In this document: positions 28,975 through 38,469 of the stretch, in pieces
Layout of the letters: every line of letters begins with the position of its first letter
Numbering within the stretch: position 1 is the first letter of the stretch
From: Candidatus Poribacteria bacterium
Lineage (GTDB): Bacteria > Poribacteria > WGA-4E > WGA-3G
NCBI GenBank assembly: GCA_012270795.1
Contig: JAAXHO010000197.1
Coordinates: 41,813 to 105,812, forward strand
Length of the DNA stretch: 64,000 nucleotides
Direction of reading: 5' to 3'
Program-made: the position numbers and the translations under genes
The notes under the pieces: model-generated
Databases searched by the model: none
Told to the model about the DNA's origin: nothing
Seen by the model: the letters and a program-made list of their open reading frames with translations, nothing else

Positions 28975-30114
28975 ATGATTAATTCTGTTTTTCACCGATA
29001 CACTCCCTGGCTGGCAGGATTCTGCGTGCTTTTGCTTCTGACAGTATCAATGCCTGTCCTTGCAGAAGGTGAAGGGGAAGCCAAACCAGACGAAAGCGAA
29101 GTCAAACAGGTCGTATGGGGAACGTCTATTGAGGAAGCAACCAAAATGTCCGTTGAAACGGGTAAACCGATTATGATGGACTTCTATACGGAGTGGTGAG
29201 GATGGTGTAAGCGGCTGGATGCCGACACATTCACCGATGAACGTATAGTTACTATTGCTGAGAAGTTCGTTCCAGTAAAGGTTAACCCTGAACTTAAAGA
29301 ACACCCCGAAAATGCTGAAGCGCAGAAAAAATACGGTGTTAGAGGGTTTCCCGCAATCCTATTCATCGCCCCCGATGGTGGTGTTATCAAAAATATCTCT
29401 GGTTACAAACCACCGGATCAATTCTTACCGGAAATGGAAGATGTTCTGAAAAAAGAGAAGGCATACCAAGAAGTATTGACAAAATTAAAGAAAATGCCTG
29501 ACGATCCGAAACTGAACAGTCAGATTGCCATTCTCTATTTGCAACGTCAACTACTTGAGAAAGCGATGCCAATCAGTGAGAAGATGCCTGATGATGTTGA
29601 TCTAAACCGTGCATTTGGTATCTACTATCTCGGCAAAAATCAAATGGAAAAAGCACTCAAAATCAGTGAGAAGATGCCTGATGATGTTGAGTTGAATACA
29701 GAATTTGCATTTGCATACCTGAAAACAGGGAAAATAAAAGAGGCACTCACGTACAGCGAGAAGGTCATGGCAAAAGACCCCGATAACGAATCGGGACAAC
29801 TGCCTAAATTGCACACCCAAATCGGTCTCGCTTATGCAATGCAACTTCAACGTAAACCTGGAGATGCAAATCTTGCCAAGAACGCTGTGAAGCACTTGAA
29901 AAAAGTGATTGACATGTATCCGAAAAGCGACGATTATGAACCTGCTCAATATTATCTGGGTGTTACATACATGCTCAATAAGCAATATGATAAAGCAACA
30001 GAAGTACTTGAGAAGTTAGCCAATCACGCTACTAACGAACAGATGAAACTCAGTGCAAATAATGTTCTGCAACGTCTGCAGCAGTTAACTACAGAAGACG
30101 AAACCGACAACTAA
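28975..30114 (+). CDS. Secreted thioredoxin-fold (Thioredoxin_7-like) + TPR-like repeat fusion with an in-frame TGA at the first CxxC position; candidate selenoprotein (UGWC)
   Basis: ORFs 28975-29199 and 29434-30114 are in the same frame, and the only intervening stop is TGA at 29197-29199. The context ...DFYTEW-TGA-GWCKRLD... matches the WCGWC active site of thioredoxin-like proteins. A hairpin lies 7-38 nt downstream (29204-29235; 4-bp GC upper stem, UGGAU loop). The C-terminal part has SEKMPDD-type repeats. Confidence 0.55.
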
Positions 30115-30857
30115 ACTTTTAAATTAGCAACTTCTGCGGGGGTAAGAAATCTATATTGCCCCTGCGGAAGATTGCCCAACCGCAACGTGCCGATACGTAT
30201 CCGTTTCAAACGGTTCACTCGGTGCCCCATCGCCTTAAACATCAGGCGTACCTGCCGTTTTTTCCCTTCATGTATAATTACCCTATATTTTGCTACTATT
30301 CCATATTTGTTTGTTTTCTTTTTAGTAAACATATTAAGAGCGTTTTTCACATCAAGTAGTTTTATGTTAGCAGGTGCTGTTTTCCCACCTGTTATTTCCA
30401 CACCGTTGCGTAGGCGTTCAAGTGAGCGTTTGTTCAAAACACCATTCACCCATGCAATATAGGTCTTATCTATTTCATGACTGGGATGCATCAACTGGTA
30501 AGCGAACTCTCCATCGTTGGTGAATAGTAAAAGACCTTCTGTCTCCAAATCTAAACGCCCCACTGGATAGATGGATTTAGGTAGGTCTGTTAGTAAGTCC
30601 ATCACGGTTGGTCGTCCGCGTTCATCATGACGGGTAGTTATATAACCTGCTGGCTTATTCAACATGAGATAGATACGTTCAGTAAGGGGTTCAACCTGTC
30701 TCCCTTCAAACCGAATGCAATCCTTTTCTACATCGATCGGGTATCCGGGAATGAGGATTGTTGTGCCGTTAACAGAGGCGTTTCCCTCACGAATGGCTCG
30801 CTTGATTGCGCGCCGCGATGCAATACCTGCGGAAGCGATATATTTTTCAAGACGCAC
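30111..30857 (-). CDS. rRNA pseudouridine synthase (RsuA/RluB family, S4 + PseudoU_synth_2)
   Basis: The N-terminal S4 domain MRLEKYIASAGIASRRAIKRAIREG..V and the catalytic region are present. Confidence 0.8.
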   Translation of the reverse strand: MRLEKYIASAGIASRRAIKRAIREGNASVNGTTILIPGYPIDVEKDCIRFEGRQVEPLTERIYLMLNKPAGYITTRHDERGRPTVMDLLTDLPKSIYPVGRLDLETEGLLLFTNDGEFAYQLMHPSHEIDKTYIAWVNGVLNKRSLERLRNGVEITGGKTAPANIKLLDVKNALNMFTKKKTNKYGIVAKYRVIIHEGKKRQVRLMFKAMGHRVNRLKRIRIGTLRLGNLPQGQYRFLTPAEVANLKV

Positions 30858-30876
30858 GACTGTTCACCATCCATAA

Positions 30877-31518
30877 CTACGATTCTATTTTCCAATTTCT
30901 TTCTATTGCTATTCTGCGGAGTTCACGATCAGGATTTACAGCGACTGGATTTCCGAACAATTCCAGTTTATAGACATCTGAGTGATGATTGCCATACGCA
31001 TAAGAGGCACTGAGATTGAACCCATGCGTTGCTGCGAGTTCTCTTGCCAGTGCTGCTTTGTTCTGTGCGTAAGGTCGCAAACCAACGCGGTTTCCGGTAA
31101 ATCTGCCGTTCGTCACCTCCAGTTCGTCCGCAACCATAATGTCGGTTTCAAAGTGATTATGAAAATGTTCAACAAGGATTGACAACGAACCAGACATCAG
31201 GATCACTGCACGTCCTGCATTGCGATGGGTGTGTATGAGTGTTGATATATGAGGAACAATGCTTGCCCGAAGTGAATTGACAAAGCAATCACGGGCAAGG
31301 TTACTAAGGTGGTTTTCCTCTAAACCGCGTAGGTGGACTTTGTTTGATTTTGCATCGGGAAAAGACCTAACCTTTAGATAATAGGAGGTCCACGCAAGCA
31401 AATTTGATATTGGAATTTCACCCTGTTTCAAAAGATGTTTGAGAAAAACTTTCTCTGAAGAACGACGTATGAGTGTTCCATCAAGATCGAAAATAGCACA
31501 TGTGTTTTTCATATTCAC
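30877..31518 (-). CDS. HAD-IB family hydrolase
   Basis: Motif I FDLDGTL. The HAD-IB-type cap and overall architecture are present. Confidence 0.7.
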   Translation of the reverse strand: MNMKNTCAIFDLDGTLIRRSSEKVFLKHLLKQGEIPISNLLAWTSYYLKVRSFPDAKSNKVHLRGLEENHLSNLARDCFVNSLRASIVPHISTLIHTHRNAGRAVILMSGSLSILVEHFHNHFETDIMVADELEVTNGRFTGNRVGLRPYAQNKAALARELAATHGFNLSASYAYGNHHSDVYKLELFGNPVAVNPDRELRRIAIERNWKIES

Positions 31519-31521
31519 TTC

Positions 31522-32298
31522 TTATCGTATAAACAATTTAAGGTTTGCCCATGTCGTAGCCAGTTTACCATTAGGAGTTACATCAAATAACACTCCTTGA
31601 TTCATATCCTGTTTGATTTCATCAGCGGAGAGGGCACGGTTGTAGATGGCTACCTCGTCTATATAACCTATTGCACCACCAAGGGGTGTTTGCGATTTAC
31701 CAATGCGGAAGACAGCATCAACGCTGGTGATGTTTCCAGCTGGGGCATCAATCTCAACATCTAATTCCCCACCAATATATTGACGAACCTTTTCACCATC
31801 ATAGGTGGAAGCGACATGATGCCATTGTTCCAATTCAGGTTTAATCGTTTGCATTCTGCGTGTTCCCTTATATCCAGCAATATCAATCCATGTTTCAATT
31901 TGCGGTGCATTTGTAAACTCAGCACTCCACTGAAGCACATAACCACCTTTGTTTCCTGGGGTTCTCCGCCCCATCAAGTTAGAATCACCTTGTGATTGTT
32001 TTGGGAAAAACCACGTTTGAATCGTTATTTCGCCAGTGATGTCAAGTTCGTCAACATCTTCAATTTCCACGTAATGTTCAGTACTTTCCAAATGAATGCA
32101 ACTCCCAATTTTTCCATCTTTAGACCATGTTGCCCCATTTAGGGTCGCTTCCAGCTTGCTTCCACTTGCATCTTTAGCAGTATCACCACTTCCTTCATCA
32201 AAAGGGAGATATAGTACAAGTGCTTTGTCATCTTTTATTGCCCAAGCATTGGCACTGAAGATAAGAACAAATATGAGAAAAGCCGTAATAAGTTCCAT
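31522..32298 (-). CDS. Secreted LamG/concanavalin-A-like lectin-fold protein
   Basis: The start is reassigned to MELITAFLIFVLIFSANAWA, a signal peptide with an AAGGAG RBS 7 nt upstream. The annotated TTG start at 32370 is unlikely. LamG-like motifs are LYLPFDEGSGDTAKDASG and DEVAIYNRALSADEI. Confidence 0.7.
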   Translation of the reverse strand: MELITAFLIFVLIFSANAWAIKDDKALVLYLPFDEGSGDTAKDASGSKLEATLNGATWSKDGKIGSCIHLESTEHYVEIEDVDELDITGEITIQTWFFPKQSQGDSNLMGRRTPGNKGGYVLQWSAEFTNAPQIETWIDIAGYKGTRRMQTIKPELEQWHHVASTYDGEKVRQYIGGELDVEIDAPAGNITSVDAVFRIGKSQTPLGGAIGYIDEVAIYNRALSADEIKQDMNQGVLFDVTPNGKLATTWANLKLFIR

Positions 32299-32362
32299 CT
32301 CTAACTCCTTTGTAGTAGTAAAATTATACGGATTGATAATAAACCTTGTATGTTTACATAAG

Positions 32363-32454
32363 ATGCACAAACTGGAAGTTTATGCTACATAAGGCGCACA
32401 ATCTAACAGATCATGCTACATAAGATGCACAAACTGAAAGTTTATGCTACATAA
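32363..32454. promoter_or_regulatory. Two copies of a conserved palindromic upstream element (CACAAACTGRAAGTTTRTGCTACATAAG), 65-155 nt upstream of the LamG gene
   Basis: atgcacaaactggaagtttatgctacataag at 32363-32393, again at 32424-32454, and a partial third copy between them. The same element lies ~85-90 nt upstream of the minus-strand genes starting at 46461 and 54346. Confidence 0.5.
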
Positions 32455-32517
32455 GTTCTGTAGTTGATTTTCCATATTAGAATTTTGAAATCTCAATTTC
32501 TTTCGCAGTAATAAACT

Positions 32518-32778
32518 CTAAAAGTGCAGGGGTACCTTCCTTTGTTTTTTAGATACCGCGCGCTGGATAGCAGGTATAATTTGGTCTGGTGTTTCAACGC
32601 GTTCGCTATAACCCCCGAATGCTTTAGCCATATCTGCGTAATTACCGGAGATGTCTGTACTGCGGTATTTTTCAGTTGATACGGGCATAATCGAAATCTC
32701 AATTGCCATGGAGAAGTTGTTAAAATGCACAGATCCTCCTGTCTTTAGGACCTTGGCGACCGCATCAACAACTTTCAT
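32518..32778 (-). pseudogene. Remnant encoding only the C-terminal ~85 aa of a thiamine-pyrophosphate-dependent enzyme (acetolactate-synthase-like)
   Basis: GGSVHFNNFSMAIEI...YADMAKAFGGYSERVETPDQIIPAIQRA resembles the C-terminal TPP-binding region. There is no upstream remainder, because the PhyH gene ends 10 nt away. Confidence 0.4.
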
Positions 32779-32787
32779 GAGTTTCTC

Positions 32788-33627
32788 CTAAGGATTGGTA
32801 GGACTTCCCGCGTCCATCACAAGCGGAAAATGATCACCCGCCAATTTGTCACCATCATTGACTGTGACAAATTGTTTCATCACATGATTGCCACTTGCAT
32901 CGTAAAGGGTCTCACTTGTCATATAATGGACGGCTATAGCACGACGAGGTTGACCACTGCTGTTAGCGTGTGAGCCGTGCCACGTCAATGAATGATGGAA
33001 ATGCACATAGCCTTTTGGCACTGGACATAACTCAACTTCTAACTCATGTTCTTCAAAGCGATTCGGCATAGAATAGATGTCCTTGACAGAATGGAGAAAG
33101 GCAATTTGATTGCCCCAGTGGTAGGACCCTGGTACCATCCGCATACATCCATTACTTTCGTCGACATCGTCTAATGCGACCCAAGCGGTGACTTGGCTGG
33201 TTTTCGGCGTAAGAATGGGCCAGTAGGGTGAATCTTGATGCCACATGTTCACGCCGCCTACTTCGGGTGGTTTGTATTGTATTTGGTCGTGCCACACACG
33301 CACCTCTGTAGCAGATGTGAGTTGCCCAATTTCCTCAACAATAATAGGGTTATGAACCAGTTTTTGATAGGCGGGACTTGCCTCCCAGATATTCACTATT
33401 TGCCAAACCGGTGTATCTTCTCTACCACCGAGATTTACAATGTGTACCGGTTGCGGAATACCCTCTTTTTTGTAATCATCTATGACACGTGCCAATTCTG
33501 ATCGTAATTCATCTACCTGTTCATCGTTCAAAACACGACTTCCAAGCAGAAAGCCCTTTTCAAGAAACGCCTGGATTTGGGCTTGGTTTAGCATATTTGT
33601 CTCCCATAGATTTTTTGTCTTACGCAT
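32788..33627 (-). CDS. Phytanoyl-CoA dioxygenase (PhyH) family Fe(II)/2-oxoglutarate oxygenase
   Basis: WHQDSPYWPI (HxD), a later His (VPGSYHWG), and PhyH-like overall length. Confidence 0.75.
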   Translation of the reverse strand: MRKTKNLWETNMLNQAQIQAFLEKGFLLGSRVLNDEQVDELRSELARVIDDYKKEGIPQPVHIVNLGGREDTPVWQIVNIWEASPAYQKLVHNPIIVEEIGQLTSATEVRVWHDQIQYKPPEVGGVNMWHQDSPYWPILTPKTSQVTAWVALDDVDESNGCMRMVPGSYHWGNQIAFLHSVKDIYSMPNRFEEHELEVELCPVPKGYVHFHHSLTWHGSHANSSGQPRRAIAVHYMTSETLYDASGNHVMKQFVTVNDGDKLAGDHFPLVMDAGSPTNP

Positions 33628-33730
33628 TATAGCATTTTTATTGGCTTATGTCAACGTATAGATTTGTGGGGGTGTGTAAAGATAAAAACCTTGCCATAGG
33701 TGTCAATTTAGGAGCTACTCTACCCTATTT

Positions 33731-33808
33731 CCCTCTTGTTGGCGGGGTTTCTACCCCGATAGCAGAGGGGAATGGCATAAAATCGGGGTTAGAAACCCCT
33801 CCAACAAG
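33731..33808. repeat. Inverted-repeat element of the GGGGTTTCTAACCCC family (degenerate left arm)
   Basis: cctcttgttggcggggtttctaccccgat...aaaatcggggttagaaacccctccaacaagag. Confidence 0.7.
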
Positions 33809-33886
33809 AGTTTCATTTCTTAAATTGATACCTATGGTAAAGATAAAAACCTTGCAGGTTGGAAAATTCATTGCTATAATATACAC

Positions 33887-34729
33887 ATGTCATTGTTTGA
33901 AGCGATTTTACTTGGTATTTTACAAGGTCTCACTGAATTTCTTCCCATTAGCAGTTCTGGGCACCTCGTCTTAGCGCAACAATTGCTCGGATTGAAAGAA
34001 ACTCTTTTATTTTTTGATGTGATGTTGCACGTTGGCACATTAGCTGCTGTGCTTGTTGCATATCGTCAGGCAATAGGAAGGTTAGTTGTTGGAGGGTTAT
34101 CATCGCTTGGGGAGATACGGTTCTATAAGAATCCGATGAGAGGTATCAACGAGTCGGTTGAACTCAGGTTTATTTGGTTAATACTGCTCGGTTCTATTCC
34201 GACTGGCATCATTGCTGTGCTGTTTAAGGAGCAGTTGGAGTCCTTCTTTGGTGAGGTAAAACTTGTTAGTATCATGCTCATTGTAACTGGTATCATCCTT
34301 CAATTGCCACGACTGAGAAAACAGGATGCCGATAGTCTTGGTACTGACCTAGATAAGATAAAATGGTGGCATGCGTCGCTTGTTGGTATTGCACAAGGTT
34401 GTGCTATTACACCGGGGATCTCGCGTTCTGGATCGACGATTTCCCTCGCGCTTTTTTTGGGTATTCCAGCTAAGACTGCAGCGGAATACTCTTTTCTTCT
34501 TTCAATTCCTGCGATTCTTGGGGCAGTCGTCCTCAAAATTAAAGACATTGGAGACACTGCTATACCTTTGTATATTTTAGCGGTTGGTATGTTTGCATCT
34601 TTTCTGGTTGGCTATATTGCTTTGCGTTTGCTGTTAGTGATGCTAAATCGTGGAAAATTCTCTGTGTTTACGTATTACTGTATTGCCTTAGGACTCGTGG
34701 CATTCCTTGTTTCCCTAAACATCAGATAG
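33887..34729 (+). CDS. uppP: Undecaprenyl-diphosphatase (UppP/BacA)
   Basis: The N-terminal motif ILQGLTEFLPISSSGHL and 8-TM topology are present. Confidence 0.9.
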   Translation: MSLFEAILLGILQGLTEFLPISSSGHLVLAQQLLGLKETLLFFDVMLHVGTLAAVLVAYRQAIGRLVVGGLSSLGEIRFYKNPMRGINESVELRFIWLILLGSIPTGIIAVLFKEQLESFFGEVKLVSIMLIVTGIILQLPRLRKQDADSLGTDLDKIKWWHASLVGIAQGCAITPGISRSGSTISLALFLGIPAKTAAEYSFLLSIPAILGAVVLKIKDIGDTAIPLYILAVGMFASFLVGYIALRLLLVMLNRGKFSVFTYYCIALGLVAFLVSLNIR

Positions 34730-34902
34730 AATGTGTATGGTCTCCAGTCCTGCACTTATTCTAAAACAACTTTATGTTTACTCAACGTGACTTCAGATAT
34801 AAAAATGGAACAGGTGAGCAGTGTTATCCCTAAACACCTTGTTTTTGAATGCTACATGTTCTGCACATTGTGAAAATACACACGTAGACAATATTCATAA
34901 AA

Positions 34903-34945
34903 AATGGCAGGTATCCAAAAAAGGAAACCTGCCTGTAAATAGAAT
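34903..34945 (-). terminator. Rho-independent terminator for the 34959-36033 gene
   Basis: On the minus strand: GGCAGGT-ttcctttttt ggat-ACCTGCC followed by ATTTTTT. Confidence 0.55.
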
Positions 34946-34958
34946 AAGAAAGTAGAGA

Positions 34959-36033
34959 TTATTTCTCGTCGCGTTGCAACTGCTTGATAACCGAGTCAGC
35001 AAAGTCACGATCCCAAAAGCGTGCAATGCTTTCTTTCACGATGGAGATTTCTTCTTGTGATGCTTTTGAGGATAACATCTTACGAACCGTTGAAACGACT
35101 TCGTTTTGCATGCGTTTTTGACGTGATTGTAACCACGCTTTTGACGCATCATCGGGGAAGTATTTATCAAATTCCTCTTGAGACAGCATCGGAACAAATA
35201 CCGTTTCAGGATATTCTTCATAAGTTTTTAGCCATAAGTCTGTCACTTGAGATACTAATAAAGAAGGTTCTTTTTGAACGGGAGACGTGGTTTGTTGTGG
35301 AGCAATAGGGGCTGCCTCCTGTTGCGGGGGAGTAATATCCTGCGATGTATCGGATTCCCGTTTATCCTCGTCTTTAGGGATATAAATAGGATTTCCCGCA
35401 TCGTCCTTTTCAAATCCTATCGGTTTGCCGTTTTCATCATATATCAGAATCGCACCTTTTGCTTCTTCTTCATAGAGACGCGCGGTGGCTTTGTTACGCA
35501 CCCTCTCTATAAAGTTGTTAAATCTTTCATCCATCCTTTTGACCTTCGCTTCATATTGTTGATGTTGTGCGCGCAACTCATCTATGCTCATTAAATCAGC
35601 TTTCGCTATCTCTTCTCTAACGCGCCGTTGCACCTCTGGAGGAAGCGAATTCAAATGATCCTCCATTGCATCAAGTTTTTCTTCAGCAGATAATTTACCA
35701 AATTCTTCTAAATGTTTTTCTAAATTCTTATCAAAATCAGCAATGTGTTTCATACGTTGAGCGTTTATTTTTCGGAATGCCGCAGTTTCTTTATCACTTT
35801 TCGCCTTAATTTCTTCCCAAATACGTTTCTCGCGTGCAGGTCTATCTGCTTCCCAGGCACGTATGTGTTGTTGCCATTCTTCAAATGTCCATTCTTCTAT
35901 CGGTTTCATGGGGCTCTTCGGAACATTCACTGAGACTTGCTTGCTATCACGATAATTTGTAATCAACAGACCTGCAGCAAGGATGCAGATCAATACAGAT
36001 ACGATTATCGCTATTTTGACACCTTTTTTCATG
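34959..36033 (-). CDS. Hypothetical membrane-anchored coiled-coil protein
   Basis: The start is reassigned to MKKGVKIAIIVSVLICILAAGL (signal anchor, AGGAG RBS 8 nt upstream). The body is highly charged and helical with no recognisable domain. Confidence 0.55.
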
Positions 36034-36397
36034 ATCAGTTCTCCTCTAAAATATTGGATACAGCAGGAAGTAAAACCCTGCTGTAAACGTTTGTCGGCTT
36101 CAAGATCTGCTTTATCCTCGTCAAGCGCACTAATATTTTTTAATATTGACTCAACGATTTGATTGGCATCCATTGCATCTGTTAAATCTTCCCACCATGT
36201 TTCCACCCCATCTCTATTCCATTTGCCACGCTTCTTCGCATCAACTTCATCTGGAATACCATTGATTTCTACACAACACTAAGGAATATCTGGAGAAAAT
36301 AAAAAATGTGTGTAAAGCATTCCTTTATGCACTAATTCTAAAACATCCTGATGTTTTACTCAATATGACTTCTTTCATCAAACATCAGTAACAATTG

Positions 36398-37897
36398 CTA
36401 CCAACGGGTATAGAGTAGCACCTCTGAGATGATGAGTTGAAGGACAAGCAAACCTGCAACCCAGAAAAAATCACGTTTGGAACGCGTTGTGAGGTATTTT
36501 GCAACGGGAATGACAAAAAACGGCACCATGAAAATCCAGATACGTTCCACCTCCATCGTGAACCAAGTTGAGAATGTGAAATAGAGTAGCGTTATTAGGA
36601 AACCGATGATAAAAGTATCCGACTTGTCATGACGTAATATCCAAGGTGTGCGGGTTGTTGCCTGTTCTGATGCTGGGACTGTTGTGTTTTGTTTCCATTC
36701 CTTGAATGTTTTTACAAGTTGACGCAGCCAGACAGTTGTTATTGGAATACCTACCCCCATCAAGAATGCAAAGAGATTCGCTATACTCAAATAAAAATAG
36801 AGATCAAGTCTATGGTAACCTGTTCCTCCCATACCCTGTTCATCTCTTTTAATAGATGCCCAAAGTGCTTCAAAGGGTTGGAAACCTGTGAGTATGAACA
36901 ATAGCACGTAGAATCCAACGAATCCGATAGAAGCATATAACAACATCTTTAGGTATTGCTTAAACCGGTATCTCTCTAATAATGCAATAACGCACAGAAA
37001 GACCCCAATTACCACCGTTGAATAGGTCATAAACATCCCGAGTGCAAGCGAAAGGCCTGTTAGGAGACTATAAGGACGAAATTTTGTCAATGCGGTTTCT
37101 GGATCAATTTCCTTGTGTCTTGCTTCGTAAAACAGGTAGAGACTGAGAATTGGAAACACGCTAAAAGGTCCGTCCATAGATGTCGTTGTAAACATGACAA
37201 AGTTTGGTGTGACAAGGAATAGCAGCAATGCGCAAAGCGCGACCTTCTGATCGTATAGACGTTCCGCGAGTTTATAGATAGGGACGATGACGAGTGTGGT
37301 GAAAAGAACTGATGCCAACGATGCGGATATAAGATTGTAACCAAATACTTTGCTGACAATCCATAGGAAGACAACACCTCCTGGCGGATGGGTGCGTGTA
37401 TGTCCAGTTAGCGTATCAAACAGATAAGGTTTGCTAAAATCACGCAAAAATGTACGGAGACCGATTTCCTCTAAACGGGGTACATCCTCGTAGTATTCCA
37501 ATCCTGATCGTGTGTAAGGATAGAAAAGTGTCAAAATCTGTTCATTTTCTATTTCGCGGAAACCATCAATTTGCGCGACGCTGATATTGATAGCAATGAA
37601 GCACACAAACGCAATCAATATCAACTTGCGGTAACTGATGTTGTTTGAATGGATATATCTATAGCAAAGAAAGAGGAAACCTATGCATATAACAAGGGCG
37701 GGAAGAATCCACAAACTCAGATTGACTTCAGGTATGGCATAGTATGGGACGAAGTCTCTGCGGTGCTTTACTGCCCCCAGCGAGAGACTTGCTTCGCGCA
37801 TAATGATTACCATTATCTTGTGGTATAACAAGAAAAACAGCGCGACTATAAAAACTTGCCCAATTATAGATCTGATTGCTTTTTGAAAGTATTGCAT
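36398..37897 (-). CDS. Polytopic membrane protein, putative GT-C family glycosyltransferase (PMT_2/ArnT-like)
   Basis: About 12 predicted TM segments. The first periplasmic loop carries DVPRLEEIGLRTF...THPPGGVVF, resembling the acidic loop and 'EKPPL'-type motif of GT39/GT83 enzymes. Confidence 0.5.
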   Translation of the reverse strand: MQYFQKAIRSIIGQVFIVALFFLLYHKIMVIIMREASLSLGAVKHRRDFVPYYAIPEVNLSLWILPALVICIGFLFLCYRYIHSNNISYRKLILIAFVCFIAINISVAQIDGFREIENEQILTLFYPYTRSGLEYYEDVPRLEEIGLRTFLRDFSKPYLFDTLTGHTRTHPPGGVVFLWIVSKVFGYNLISASLASVLFTTLVIVPIYKLAERLYDQKVALCALLLFLVTPNFVMFTTTSMDGPFSVFPILSLYLFYEARHKEIDPETALTKFRPYSLLTGLSLALGMFMTYSTVVIGVFLCVIALLERYRFKQYLKMLLYASIGFVGFYVLLFILTGFQPFEALWASIKRDEQGMGGTGYHRLDLYFYLSIANLFAFLMGVGIPITTVWLRQLVKTFKEWKQNTTVPASEQATTRTPWILRHDKSDTFIIGFLITLLYFTFSTWFTMEVERIWIFMVPFFVIPVAKYLTTRSKRDFFWVAGLLVLQLIISEVLLYTRW

Positions 37898-38027
37898 TAA
37901 CTTACGTCTATTGTAATTCCGGTCCTATATCCTTGACACAACGAAACCCAAAATCATATTAAGTATACATAGATTAAGTCAAAATCTCAAGGAAATTTTA
38001 GATATCAGACAAATTTTTTGAAAAAAG

Positions 38028-38062
38028 TTTGACACTCATAAAAATTTGTGATATAATACTTC
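38028..38062 (+). promoter_or_regulatory. Near-consensus sigma70 promoter (TTGACA-17 nt-TATAAT)
   Basis: ttgacactcataaaaatttgtgatataat. The nearest downstream plus-strand gene begins ~400 nt away at 38470. Only tiny ORFs (17 and 31 codons) lie in between. Confidence 0.5.
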
Positions 38063-38469
38063 AAGGAATGATGTAGATTGATAATGAAATCTGCGTCACC
38101 GTTTTTATACTGTTTTTCATACTTGGGGAGAAGATGAAATTGCTAACCAAAAAGAAACACACCCGTTATTTATCTGATCCAGAATTTTGTAAGTGCAATA
38201 CAGTCGCTCATTTTATTAACTATAGGTTAGTCCATACCCCCCCCGTTTGTTAATATTTCTAATTTGCTTTTACAGAAATTCGTGTTTGCAATATTTTCGT
38301 ACCCGCACTTTTCGTCGCGGGTTATTGTTGTTGCATTGAATAACATTCATCAATTACCCTACAAGATTTGATGCTGATATTGTGATGCAAGTTACTTCTT
38401 ATTCAATCCACTTATTATGGTCAGGATTGAAGACATGTTTAATTAGCATATTGATATAAGGATAAACAA

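Noticed and set aside
29197-29199. An in-frame TGA, considered as evidence of genome-wide UGA reassignment (for example the Gly code)
   Set aside because: TGA terminates many well-defined genes in the window, for example 41369-41371 and the Trx ORF's own downstream terminus. A single recoded site with a SECIS-like hairpin fits selenocysteine and not a global reassignment.
32370-32370. The annotated start of the LamG-domain ORF (TTG at 32370)
   Set aside because: A downstream ATG at 32298 has a strong AAGGAG RBS and begins a canonical signal peptide. The upstream extension would also run through the conserved regulatory repeats.
33648-33974. A 108-codon ORF upstream of uppP
   Set aside because: Most of it is translation of the GGGGTTTCTAACCCC inverted repeat (...GVSTPIAEGNGIKSGLETPPTRVS...) and it overlaps the real uppP start. 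It is a repeat artefact.
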